This document shows positions 12,761 through 24,928 of a DNA stretch of 64,000 nt, piece after piece. Location of the stretch: positions 20,991,981-21,055,980 of the forward strand of contig NC_069002.1 of assembly GCF_001194135.2 (NCBI RefSeq), in the 5' to 3' direction. The notes beneath the pieces were generated by a model, which was given only the letters and a program-made list of their open reading frames with translations, was not told the origin of the DNA and ran no database searches. Made by a program: the position numbers and the translations under genes. Source of the DNA: Octopus bimaculoides (taxonomy: Eukaryota). Every line of letters begins with the position of its first letter. Positions within the stretch are counted from its first letter, which is position 1.

Positions 12761-14704
12761 ACGAAATCCGTTTTCTGCAGAAAGTTTTGACTGGACTAAT
12801 GGCATAAGAAAATGATAAATGACAGAAATGAAACACAAGCACATTTGAAGCACAAAATGCAGAGATCGTCACTATGGCTGTAATTTCAGAAATGCTATTT
12901 GATCTTTAGAATAAGGTAGGTCAAAGACGTATGTTGGAATAGGTATCTGTAGAAAATTAATTGCTCCAGAAATAAAATGATTTGTGAGTAGCCTAGAAGT
13001 AAATAACTCAAACTGAAAAGGAGGTGAAGAAATGCGCTATGAATGTGTCAGACTGTGTCCAAGAGAGAGGAAACATAACTCCATTTACCTAAGAATAAAT
13101 CCTTGTTTGTTAGAAGCCCCACCAGCAACCAAGTGGGTTTGGATAGAATATATTTTTAATGACATGTAGTCCATTTACAACCGCCCCATCATTTTAGGTA
13201 TGTGTACGATGATATTTCTTCACGTGTTACTTCCATCATTTAGCTAATCGTGTATGTTTTTAGGAAAATTTAGATTTTATCTCTCGTAGACCGCGCTATA
13301 TATCCGAGCTATATAACTTCAGAGAAAAATATTTCAATATTTTGCAGGTGTGTGTGCAAATATTTTGGGCTATAAACTCTCACGTTTCTTGGGATTGTTG
13401 TGCAGAGATCAACTTCACACTAGTCGATTTTAAGACACTCAAACCTGAAATGACGGAGATGATTTTAAAATCAGCAATAAATATTATAATCTGTCCAAGT
13501 TAGCGATATTAAAACACTTCATACAATTTTTATTAACGGTTACATATTATTGAGTGCCAGCCCTTGGCCTACTGGTGAGGGTATCACATTCACTAATAAA
13601 AAAGTGTGACTTCTATTCCCAATCAAGCGGCGCGTCGAACTCGAGTGAAACAATTCATTACACATTAACACTAGTCCCATGCCACAGACCGACGGTCCAT
13701 TCAAGGGTAATTTTACGTTATCCAACCTAGTCTCATTTTCAGTTTACAGCAATGCAAAGAAGTACATTTTTATCAACATTCGATATTTTGGTCGATATGC
13801 TGCTATCGAAGGTATTGTTAGTTATGCTTTGTGTCCCACAGCCAACAAACCTCATGGCAGATTTTTCACTCCGTAACTGATGCCATAAAAGTACGTGAAA
13901 TATAATTGCAAGAGAAGTCATTAAAATAATATTCTATTTAACAGTCACAGAATTTACGGCTTCTTTGCAAGATACATCCACTCGTTATTCTATTATAAAT
14001 ATCGGGTTTTACATACAGCTCTCAAGCAATTAAAAATATATTTATCAAAACAAGTGAATTTTATCCAATCCATTTAAAGCTATGAATCGACGTATAAGAA
14101 AACATCCGATAGTATACGTTTATTGGAAAGTTTAACATTTCCCTTTTAAACTTCAAATGACAGGCTGATGAGAATACTCAACAAGTGCATTTTCGAGGGA
14201 GGAATGGTGATCATAGTAGCAATGGCAACAGGAGAAGAAATAACTGCAGGAATAAATTGAAATCGCTTTACAAATAGATTTCTCGACTATCGCAGCAGCA
14301 TGATCATTGATATTTTACAGACCACATTTACAGTGTCACATTTTATAGTCAGAACATATTACGATGCTCATTATTCTCTCAAATGTACTAACATTTTATC
14401 ATGTCCTTAATTTAATATATGAAGTTGAAAACTGAACCGTAGAAGCAAACCTCATTTACCAGACCATTATCTGCCTTAGCTGGATTTCGAATTTACATGA
14501 CATGAAGTTGGATATTCGCTACATTTCTCCTTCGCACTGACTGCCATAGAGGATTGATGAGATTACGACTACGAATACCGTATTGTGATTTTTATCTAAT
14601 CAGAACCTAAATTCTTGACCTGGAGGGATGACGGCAAATTTCGCACAGTCGGCCTCGTATCCTACTAATGCATAAGTTACGGTTTAAAAACTATTACATC
14701 TATT

Positions 14705-15093
14705 GAGGCGGAGGCGCAATGGCCCAGTGGTTAGGACAGCGGACTCGCGGTCATAGGATCGCGGTTTCTATACCCAGACCGGGCGTTGTGAGTATCGAAA
14801 ACATTGAGCGAAACATCTAAAGCTACACGAGGCTCCGGCAGGGGATGGTGGCGAACTCTGCTGTACTCTTTTACCACAACTTTCTCTCATTCTGACTTCC
14901 TGTTTCTGTTGTGCCTCTAATTCAAAGGGTCAGCCTTGTCACACTGTGTCACGCTGAATATCCCCGAGAACTACGTTAAGGGTACACGTGTCTGTGGAGT
15001 GCTTAGTCACTTGCACGTTAATTTCACGAGCAGGCTGTTCCGTTGATCGGATCAACTGGAACCCTCGACGTCGTAAGCGACGGAGTGCCAACA
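14705..15093 (+). mobile_element. tRNA-derived SINE family B, full length
   Basis: A-box TGGCCCAGTGGTTAGG and B-box-like GCGGTTTCTATACC; tail GGAGTGCCAACA; 9-bp TSD ACATCTATT at 14696-14704 and 15094-15102; closely matches 16411-16797. Confidence 0.92.
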
Positions 15094-16410
15094 ACATCTA
15101 TTCAGACTTACTATAGTAATTGCATTTTAATTTTTGTTTTGTAGTTCTGCTCCAAACGCGCCAAGGAAAGTATGAATTCGATAGTGTATAACCAATTATG
15201 ATCAAAATATGTAGGGGTTGACTTAAGCTGGGCTGTTTCAAATCGAAATGAATTAGTTATAACCAGTTCCACTCACAAGGAGTTAATTTCTTGTCTTCTC
15301 AAAGGAGATATCACCAATTCACATTAGTTTGGAAGAGAAAATATGCCAACCGATGTATCATCATTCCTTTGACATCATTAATCATGGAACTTGCAAGTTT
15401 AATGTCACATAAGATAATATATGAATACAGACAACGATTTAGATATGAACAATCATACGTCACAATTCTTTTATAGAGACGTCCATTCTGTTGAACACAA
15501 CAAATGTTGTTATTTAAAAATGTTACTAAAAAAAATTCAAAGGCAAATATGTCATGTATGGAAGCAGATCTGAGACTATTTTGCTAAGTGGTAACTACAT
15601 AACTTTTAGTTTTCCTAATGAAATATACTCGATCCGATTTAAAATGGGTAAAATATATTTCATTAACAACCAATGTTAATTCTCCTTTTAAAGCAGTAAA
15701 ATTAAAAGAATATATTAATTATAAATAAAAACAAGAAAATTTGCATATTAAATTAAACATATTTTGATATGGCGATGCAAACTTTTAAAAATGAAAGCTA
15801 AATACTATTTAATAGAAGTTATACATTACAAGACACACGTGGTGGATATTAATAGCAAATAAGTTGAGAAATGCTTCACCATTACACCAAATACTTTATT
15901 TAGCAACGTAACAGTTGTAATAATATATGTGCCTACATATCACTGAGCATATTATCGGATTCCTCGAACACATTTCTATAGACTATATTCCCAGTCAGAA
16001 ATTTATATACATAAACTGAGAGATCACAAAACCATTCTAATTTCATTGCAATTTTCTTTACTTCAAGACTATACTTCATTTTAATTCATTTCTATTCCTT
16101 GAAGTCAATCCTCATAGCTCATTGTTATAAACATTTCCTGTTTCTGTTCATTATATGTTATCACATTATTAAATATGAAGGAAGTAACTTTATTATCGAC
16201 ATATGAATTACAATCCTTAGGTAAACAGAACAGTCAAAAGAAGGATACAAGAATGAAAAGCAATTTTACTAAACACAATTAATTTGATCTTTATTATAAA
16301 CAATAGGAGACATTCAGCTGAAAGAGGATTAATTTTAGAAGCTTTCAAAGTTGACAAAGCGTTGCTGTGGAAATGCTCACCACAATGTGGGTTGGGTATT
16401 AAACCATAGT

Positions 16411-16797
16411 GGGGGCGCAATGGCCCAGTGGTTAGGGCAGCGGACTCGTGCCATAGGATTGCGGTTTCGACTCTCAGACTGGGCGTTGTGAGTGTTTATT
16501 GAGCGAAAACACCTAAAAAAAAAGCTCCACGAGGCTCCGGCAGGGGATGGTGGCGAACCCTGCTGTACTCTTCCACCACAACTTTCTCTCACTCTTACTT
16601 CTTGTTTCTGTTGTGCCTCTAATTCAAAGGGCCAGCCTTGTCGCACTGTGTCACGCTGAATATCCCCGAGAACTACGTTAAGGGTACACGTGTCTGTGGA
16701 GTGCTCAGCTACTTGCATGTTAATTTCACGAGAAGGCTGTTCCGTTGATCAGATACTGGAACCCCCGACGTCGTAAGCGACGGAGTGCCAACAACAA
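16411..16797 (+). mobile_element. tRNA-derived SINE family B, full length
   Basis: A-box TGGCCCAGTGGTTAGG, B-box-like GGTTTCGACTC, same body and CAA tail as the 14705 copy. Confidence 0.92.
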
Positions 16798-17413
16798 ATT
16801 AGACCGTATCATTTTATGACTAATTCAAACATCTCGATTTATGTTTAATCTTACATAGTCGTTCGCAGTAGTTATGTCATTGATTACCTCTATTTTCCAC
16901 TAAAGCTTAAAGTAGTTCACGTTATCCGATTATAATAACTTCATACAAATAAAATCAATGTTATTCAAATACTCAACTCTGCTTTACATTGGTTGTAGAA
17001 TAATGTACTTCACAGCTCATCTATCTGGTAAGTACTCTTTTAGTCTTTTACACGTTTGTAAAACATGCAAAAGAGATTAATCAGTGATATCTGAGCAATT
17101 GATTGCTTTACCTGATAGGATCTGGTTTCAGACGAAATACAATCGCAACCAGCCCGAAAAGAGACACAATGGTAAGGTCTGGAATCGACCAGCACGAAAA
17201 GTGATTTCACCGTTAATGAAACGTACATATTCATCATCAGCTTGCCTGTGAGCGGCAACTCTTTACTTTCTTACCGTAACGGGAAATATTCACAGCGGAT
17301 AAGGCTCCCAGAACACCGGTTTCTTCAAACATTTTTAGACAAAGAAATAAGTTATCTCGTCTGCACGCCCGCTCTCTGCCCCCAACTCTCTGCCCTTCGC
17401 ATTTTCTCTCGTA

Positions 17414-17464
<51 letters not shown>

Positions 17465-19099
17465 TTTAGCATTTATTACTAATTCTCGACTGTTCCCTGA
17501 TTTCATATTCCTTTACTAATAGTATGGTTTACATTTATATTGGCCCAATTAAGCTCCTTAATTTATCGATCCAAATCTAAATGCTGTCACAATTTATCGA
17601 TCCACATCTAAATGCTGGTTTTACATATTTATGAGTGGCAGTGATTTAATGATGTTTATTGTAGGCAATAAATTATGAGACGGACATACTGTGTTTTAGT
17701 CATTGGTGCCATATTTTAAATGTCTGGCGTTAACGTTAGCTTTCTGCAAACAGCGTCGTGAAAGAGACTGCTCCCGTGTGCAGTATGCGTATTGCCTTGT
17801 ATAAAACGATTAAAACACAAACTTCAAAAGAGGCTTTAGAAATTAAATCTAGAAACAACATTAATATTTGTTGAGTTTGGAGTAGAGACAGTTCCCATGA
17901 CTTCTGCAGGAATTTTCCAGACTGGGGACGTCGATGCCGGTACTTTTCAGATTAGAATATTGCCAGTTAATATTTACCAGGAAAAAATATTGGAGAAGGC
18001 AGATGTTTTGAGATTCACGACTGTCAATAGAGGTTATTTCCATCCCTGAGGGAAGATGAAAAGACGACTGGTTCTGGTTTGTTTGAGCACAAAACCAATC
18101 AAGACAGAAAAAAAACAGTATACCTCTAGATTAGACTGTATCTGATATCATTACCAACCAATCAGATGATATATGGTGTATCCATCTACTCGCGAGGCTG
18201 CAAGTTTATATCTGCTCTGTAATGAAATTACGGCAAACTAAATATATATACTCCACTATGATTGATTGAGGCATCCAACGAATGTTTTACACAGGCAACA
18301 CACATTTTACAATGTCTTTGTCAAGATTTATACCATTATTTGAGGAATCACGATGAACATTGTTTCTCCAGTTGTTTCTTCTGCTATAGTTAAATATTTT
18401 TATAGTCACTTCTGAGTAATTTGGCTTAGCTTAATATAAAGAACGTGATATTTAGGCAAGCAATGGACCTATTTAATATTCCGTCTCCATTGTGTATACT
18501 TTACTGTCGATGTCGGTAAAGTTTTTCGCTCCGCGTCTTGAGTTCGTGCCGGAGCTGTTTCTCCATGTATATGCTGAAGTTGGAGGTGAGCTTTCTCGCA
18601 GCATATCTTATTCTCTTCATATGTTCGACATTGCTTTACATAGAACCGACGTATGTATGTGCACATGTCTGTTTGTATATCTGTCTGTATGTATGTCTCT
18701 TCAATTTTTTAATTATTATAAATATTCCACTGAGGAGGAAGCCGATTTCCAACTAAGATGCAAGGCTCCATCATTAGGATGGAGTTAACACAGGCAAATT
18801 CCCATTTGGAACTTCAGAAAAGTGTTGCATATTTTTACTGTTCCACTCACAGATTGTACTTTTAATGTACAAATCAGTCGGTCAGTCTGCCTTTCTGATA
18901 ATTCCAGTTTATCAGATTCCCCTTTCAGCATTTACTAACAAAACCTAGGGCTCCAATTTTTGTTGGTATGGATATGAATTGTCCATAGATATTCTCTTTT
19001 CCTTTGATTTTCAAAGAGTTATTTATATCTGCAAGGCAGCTGACCTGTATGATGGTACATACCTTTGCCCCTCTGTCCCAAACAATATTATGCGGCCTG

Positions 19100-19158
19100 T
19101 TATTGTTATTATTCTTATCATCATCATCATCATCCTCCTCCTCCTCCTCCTCCTCCTC

Positions 19159-19201
<43 letters not shown>

Positions 19202-19276
19202 ATTATTATTATCATCGTCAATGTTATTATTATTGTTGATGTTGTTATTGTTATTGTTGTTGTTATTATTATTATT
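19100..19276. repeat. Compound (ATT)/(ATC)/(CTC)/(GTT) microsatellite, left flank and tail of the Dong insertion
   Basis: Direct. Confidence 0.95.
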
Positions 19277-19613
19277 CAGTAGTTTTATTTTTATAACGTG
19301 CTTTCACTTCACTACCGAGCGCAGCTCTGTGCGCCTTGGGTATGTGCTGTGGTTTGCTGTGGTGCTCTTATGTTTACTGTATTGAAAGTGTTTTGCGTAG
19401 GATGTGTGCAGTACCCAGTAGTGCAATTTTCTGTATGTTATATATATTTGTAAGTCCTGCTATTTTTGTTATGTATTTGTCTGAATATTTTTTTATTATA
19501 CCTAAGGCACCTACTATGATAGGAATTGTTACTGTTTTTAGATTCCACATTCGAGTTATCTCTATTTCCAGGTCTTTGTATTTTGAAAGTTTTTCCATTT
19601 CTTTTAGAGAAAC

Positions 19614-19617
<4 letters not shown>
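19277..19617 (-). mobile_element. 5'-truncated R4/Dong-like retrotransposon (RLE C-terminus + 3' UTR) inserted in (AAT)n
   Basis: NVSLKEMEKLSKYKDLEIEITRMWNLKTVTIPIIVGALG...KIALLGTAHILRKTLSIQ* is the C-terminal part of an RLE endonuclease. It has a ~97-nt 3' UTR with a GCGCA-N6-TGCGC hairpin and (AAT)n on both sides. Confidence 0.93.
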
Positions 19618-19684
<67 letters not shown>

Positions 19685-19995
19685 CATTATCATCATCATC
19701 ATCATCATCAATGTCATCGTCTCCATCCTCACCGCATTCATCATCGATAATTTCCCACGAACCTCTATCAATATTATCAGCCACTATCCGTAGAACCCAA
19801 TTCCATCCATCGTCATCGTTATCAGCACCACCATAATCATCACGCTGATAATCTTCACCCTCATCCTTATCATTATCACCATCATCAACATCGTCATCAT
19901 CATCTTCAACATCATCATAATTATCATCATCATCATCATCATCATCATCAACATTATCCTCATCACCGTCTTCACCATTTTCATCCTTAGCAATA
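19618..19995. repeat. Compound (ATT)n/(ATC)n cryptic microsatellite
   Basis: Direct; source of the poly-D/N part of ORF 19374-20021. Confidence 0.93.
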
Positions 19996-20826
19996 TTATC
20001 AATCACTCGATTAAACCCCAAGTGTCGCTGTTACATATTATTAGCTCCTTAGAGGATGGGAGTCAAGTGAAGTGAAATGGTTTGCTCTAGGACTGCACTC
20101 CCCCAACAAACAAAAAAAAACACTTGAATAATTACGTAGCACCCTAAACATTCATAATATGCGTTCGGTGTTCATGCTTGGTACGTGATTTATTCCATTC
20201 CTTTCATCCGAAATATATATATATATATATANNNNNNNNNNNNNNNNNNNNNNNNNNNNNNNNNNNNNNNNNNNNNNNNNNNNNNNNNNNNNNNNNNNNN
20301 NNNNNNNNNNNNNNNNNNNNNNNNNNNNNNNNNNNNNNNNNNNNNNNNNNNNNNNNNNNNNNNNNNNNNNNNNNNNNNNNNNNNNNNNNNNNNNNNNNNN
20401 NNNNNNNNNNNNNNNNNNNNNNNNNNNNNNNNNNNNNNNNNNNNNNNNNNNNNNNNNNNNNNNNNNNNNNNNNNNNNNNNNNNNNNNNNNNNNNNNNNNN
20501 NNNNNNNNNNNNNNNNNNNNNNNNNNNNNNNNNNNNNNNNNNNNNNNNNNNNNNNNNNNNNNNNNNNNNNNNNNNNNNNNNNNNNNNNNNNNNNNNNNNN
20601 NNNNNNNNNNNNNNNNNNNNNNNNNNNNNNNNNNNNNNNNNNNNNNNNNNNNNNNNNNNNNNNNNNNNNNNNNNNNNNNNNNNNNNNNNNNNNNNNNNNN
20701 NNNNNNNNNNNNNNNNNNNNNNNNNNNNNNNNNNNNNNNNNNNNNNNNNNNNNNNNNNNNNNNNNNNNNNNNNNNNNNNNNNNNNNNNNNNNNNNNNNNN
20801 NNNNNNNNNNTATATATATATATATA

Positions 20827-20860
<34 letters not shown>

Positions 20861-21695
20861 CGTGGTCTGTTCTGATCTATAAGCATCCGGACTTTTACCA
20901 TACTAACGACGCTAAAGCAGACATAGTGTGGCCGCTTGGCGATGATTGACCTTGAACTCTGCTGTGCATGCGCACTGTTTTAATATTCTGACTCCCTCTG
21001 TTTAGAGCAGTGCTTGGAAGGAAAATATGTAGCGTGTGATTGTCGCATTGACCATCACAGAGAAAGTTGTCATGGCCATACCTGACCAGAGGCCTGCGCA
21101 CATTTGCACAAAGTGTGTGGAGATGAGTGTATGGGTTCGATATTAGTGTCTGAAGAGTGCAGACGTTTCCAAGATAGCCGAAAAATGTCGATATTGGCGA
21201 AAGGTCTGTAAGACCCGCAGCCAGCAGAACTGAGAAAAACATCGCAGATGAGGGTCAAGCTGCGATGGGAAATCGCTGAATGACTATCCGTGAGTTATCA
21301 GAGGATGTGAAAATTAGTTACAGTTCAGTTCAGTCCGTTATCACGGAAGATTTGGGGATGAGACTCATGTCTGCCAAAGCTGCTTTCAGCTGCCCCAAAA
21401 AGACACTCGTGTTTCAGTTGCTCAAAATCTCCTTGATTGTGTCGAGAATGATGAAAACTGTTTCAAAAATTTGCGTAGGTCTCTGAGCAGGTATCGCCAA
21501 GCTTTTGGCAATATATCATGCAGATACACTGCTCAGATTTCTGTCATGGTCAATGCAACGATCTTGCGCTACACACGTTCCTTCCAAGCACTGTTGTAAA
21601 CAGTTGAAGAAAGCTACAACGTTAGAACTTAATAGAAGAGTTCAAAGTCAAATTGGGCCCAGCGGCTTCACTCTGCGTGCTTGAAACAGACCTCA
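20861..21695 (+). mobile_element. Non-autonomous mariner derivative with an N-terminal transposase remnant and fold-back ends
   Basis: TA|CGTGGTCTGTT...AACAGACCTCA|TA termini. Degenerate transposase KVCGDECMG...RRFQD...MTIRELSEDVKISYSSVQSVITEDLGMRLMSAK. 21470-21695 is an inverted copy of the 5' end. Confidence 0.85.
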
Positions 21696-21959
21696 TACTT
21701 ATTGATCAGAGCACGTTTATGTATGTATATATATATATATATATATNNNNNNNNNNNNNNNNNNNNNNNNNNNNNNNNNNNNNNNNNNNNNNNNNNNNNN
21801 NNNNNNNNNNNNNNNNNNNNNNNNNNNNNNNNNNNNNNNNNNNNNNNNNNNNNNNNNNNNNNNNNNNNNNNNNNNNNNNNNNGAAGAGAAATAGGTAGAA
21901 AGATAAGATGAGAGACAGAGAGAGAAAAATAGATATGGTTATGTAAGTATATAACATTT

Positions 21960-22063
21960 ATGTCATTATTCAGATTTACTTCAGGATTTCTATCCAATAG
22001 AGAAAGCGCCGGTCTCTAACCTAGATCCAAGGCTTTTTCATTGGAATTTCAACATCAACAGGG
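21960..22063 (-). mobile_element. Probable short 3' terminus of a second R4/Dong-like family associated with (CATA)n
   Basis: Minus strand (CATA)n-CCCTGTTGATGTTGAAATTCC...CTGAATAATGACATA. It lies directly downstream of the RT fragment at 22151-22595; a related fragment is at 18727-18830. Assignment is inference. Confidence 0.45.
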
Positions 22064-22150
22064 TATGTATGTGTTTATGTATGTATGTATGTATGTATGT
22101 ATGTATGTGTATGTATGTATGTATGTATGTATGTGTATGTATGTATATAT

Positions 22151-22595
22151 GCCGCTTTGTTTTAGGTAGGGGCGGCCTACGTCACTACTGATGTGGAAAT
22201 TATGTGTGCTGGTTATCTTCCAGGTTGTCACATCAATGTCTTGGAGTTCATCAAGCGCCCAATCAAGCAGCCCAAATGTTGGTATGAGTCCTGGCACTAC
22301 AAGCACCTGGTGGGTCACAGTTTTATCGAATGCAGAGATCACGTAGGTCTACATTTTCCCTATTCGGGTGTAATATACACGTGTTTCGTCACAGGTACCA
22401 TTGTAAGATATGTTTCCATCCACTCCTAGATACCTATAACATTCCTCATCAGATGTAGCGGAAAAGGTTAAGGTGTTGCTGCACCAAACTCCAACTCTAT
22501 ATCCTTTGAGAATATTGAAGCCAAGTCAAGACTCTTTTTTATCTCATGCATATTCTTGCCATATAGTATCAAGTTATCCACAAAGAAATACCTAT
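22151..22595 (-). mobile_element. R4/Dong-like RT palm/thumb fragment flanked by (CATA)n
   Basis: FFVDNLILYGKNMHEIKKSLDLASIFSKDIELEFG, then YRYLGVDGNISY...LVVPGLIPTFGLLDW...DIDVTTWK...FHISSDVGRPYLK. Confidence 0.85.
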
Positions 22596-22794
22596 TGTAT
22601 GTATGATTGTATGTATATGTGAATGCATTAATGTATGTATGCATGTATGCATGTAAGTATGTATGTATGTATGTATGTATGTATGTATGTATATAGGTAT
22701 GCATGCATGCATGCACGTAAGTATGTATGTATGTATGTATATATGTATGAAGCTAGAGAATTAGGGAGAGAGAGAGGGAGAGAGAGAGAGAGAA

Positions 22795-22888
<94 letters not shown>

Positions 22889-23065
22889 AAAATTTGAAAG
22901 GGAAGGCGACTCACAAACAGATGTTGAAATGAAACAAATAGAGAAACAAACATTCTAGCTGGTAAATATTTAAATAATAAGATATTAAGCTTGCTAACTG
23001 CAAAGCCACGTAGACATGTATGTAGCTAACTTGGTAGGTATGTAGATGGTTGGATAGATAGATAA

Positions 23066-23144
<79 letters not shown>

Positions 23145-23158
23145 AATAGAGAGGTAGG

Positions 23159-23193
<35 letters not shown>

Positions 23194-23205
23194 GTAGATA
23201 GATGT
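22596..23205. repeat. (TATG)n, (AG)n and (GATA)n microsatellite cluster
   Basis: Direct. Confidence 0.93.
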
Positions 23206-24005
23206 TAGTAGAGAAATAAATTCATAAAGGGGACAGTATTGTGTGTATAAATACGCTGAAAAATATATTCAATGTCCTGAAAAGTAATATTTTAAGTGAA
23301 TTAAATATTCCACAATATCTCATTGTATATAACCCCGAAGGCCATATCATTATGCCAGTATTAATATATTGTATGAAGGGACGGTAAATAGGAAGCNNNN
23401 NNNNNNNNNNNNNNNNNNNNNNNNNNNNNNNNNNNNNNNNNNNNNNNNNNNNNNNNNNNNNNNNNNNNNNNNNNNNNNNNNNNNNNNNNNNNNNNNNNNN
23501 NNNNNNNNNNNNNNNNNNNNNNNNNNNNNNNNNNNNNNNNNNNNNNNNNNNNNNNNNNNNNNNNNNNNNNNNNNNNNNNNNNNNNNNNNNNNNNNNNNNN
23601 NNNNNNNNNNNNNNNNNNNNNNNNNNNNNNNNNNNNNNNNNNNNNNNNNNNNNNNNNNNNNNNNNNNNNNNNNNNNNNNNNNNNNNNNNNNNNNNNNNNN
23701 NNNNNNNNNNNNNNNNNNNNNNNNNNNNNNNNNNNNNNNNNNNNNNNNNNNNNNNNNNNNNNNNNNNNNNNNNNNNNNNNNNNNNNNNNNNNNNNNNNNN
23801 NNNNNNNNNNNNNNNNNNNNNNNNNNNNNNNNNNNNNNNNNNNNNNNNNNNNNNNNNNNNNNNNNNNNNNNNNNNNNNNNNNNNNNNNNNNNNNNNNNNN
23901 NNNNNNNNNNNNNNNNNNNNNNNNNNNNNNNNNNNNNNNNNNNNNNNNNNNNNNNNNNNTATATATATATATATATTAATATTTGTAAATGTATCTATCT
24001 ATCTA

Positions 24006-24052
<47 letters not shown>

Positions 24053-24856
24053 GAATAACTATGCATGTAATATGCATGCATGTATTTTTATATATGATTA
24101 AGTATGGAAAACAGCAAGACGAATCAACGACGTTTATGAATAATTACATACGCATTGTAATTATGTACTTATAATATGTGTGATTTTGTATATATAATAA
24201 TATATTTGCGCGCGCGCTGTGTGTGTGTGTATCTGCGTGCAGTTTCAATATCAACTTTCGTTTCACGTTATCATAAGTTAGGATAAACGATGGAAACCAA
24301 TTGTTCGATCCCTCAGAAGACATAAGTGAACGCTTCCCTCCGATTATCATACTTCAAAAATAGTTCAGGGTAAAGCTAATTATTTCAGCCGGTATATCCG
24401 TGGTTTAAGCACGACTCTAATTTTACTGCGAGTTTAAATACATCTGTATTAAAGATATAAATATGAATACATCTACAAATGTATTCTTGAGACGAGTCTT
24501 AAGGGAATAAACATGAGTAGTTATATGCATCGAACCTAGTTACACAAAGTCTATAGATTAAAAACGAGCTGAATGTCATAAGGAAGTTGAATTTGTATTT
24601 ATTAGATATGCGATATTATTCATATACCTATACATATGTAGATATTAAAACCGAACATAGATATTTTATATAAATATCTACTTCGGTTGCATTGAGATGA
24701 ATTGAGAATGGATTATATAATCCCCTATAATATCTAAGGGAGCAGCTGTTCATATCTTTCAATATCTTTGTATCCATGACCTTAACCACGTTGTCAGGTT
24801 TCATTTTCTTAGATAAATTGATAAGCATACAAAATATAACTATGTGCATGCTATTC

Positions 24857-24928
<72 letters not shown>

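Noticed and set aside
14164-14185. CTGATGAGAATACTC hammerhead-like start (similar cases at 18730, 34570, 36315)
   Set aside because: No GAAA at the right position, or no helices I and II
14705-16500. tRNA genes suggested by A/B boxes (also at 36500, 42750, 43030, 49440)
   Set aside because: The boxes continue into shared SINE bodies with tails or TSDs; no complete cloverleaf
19374-20021. 215-aa acidic ORF as a novel protein
   Set aside because: The N-terminal two-thirds are (ATC/AAT)n repeats read in frame with a truncated retrotransposon RLE end
22410-22455. Minus-strand CTGATGA...GAAAC hammerhead-like spacing
   Set aside because: No helix II pairing; it lies within the R4 RT reading frame (DEECYRYLGVDGN)
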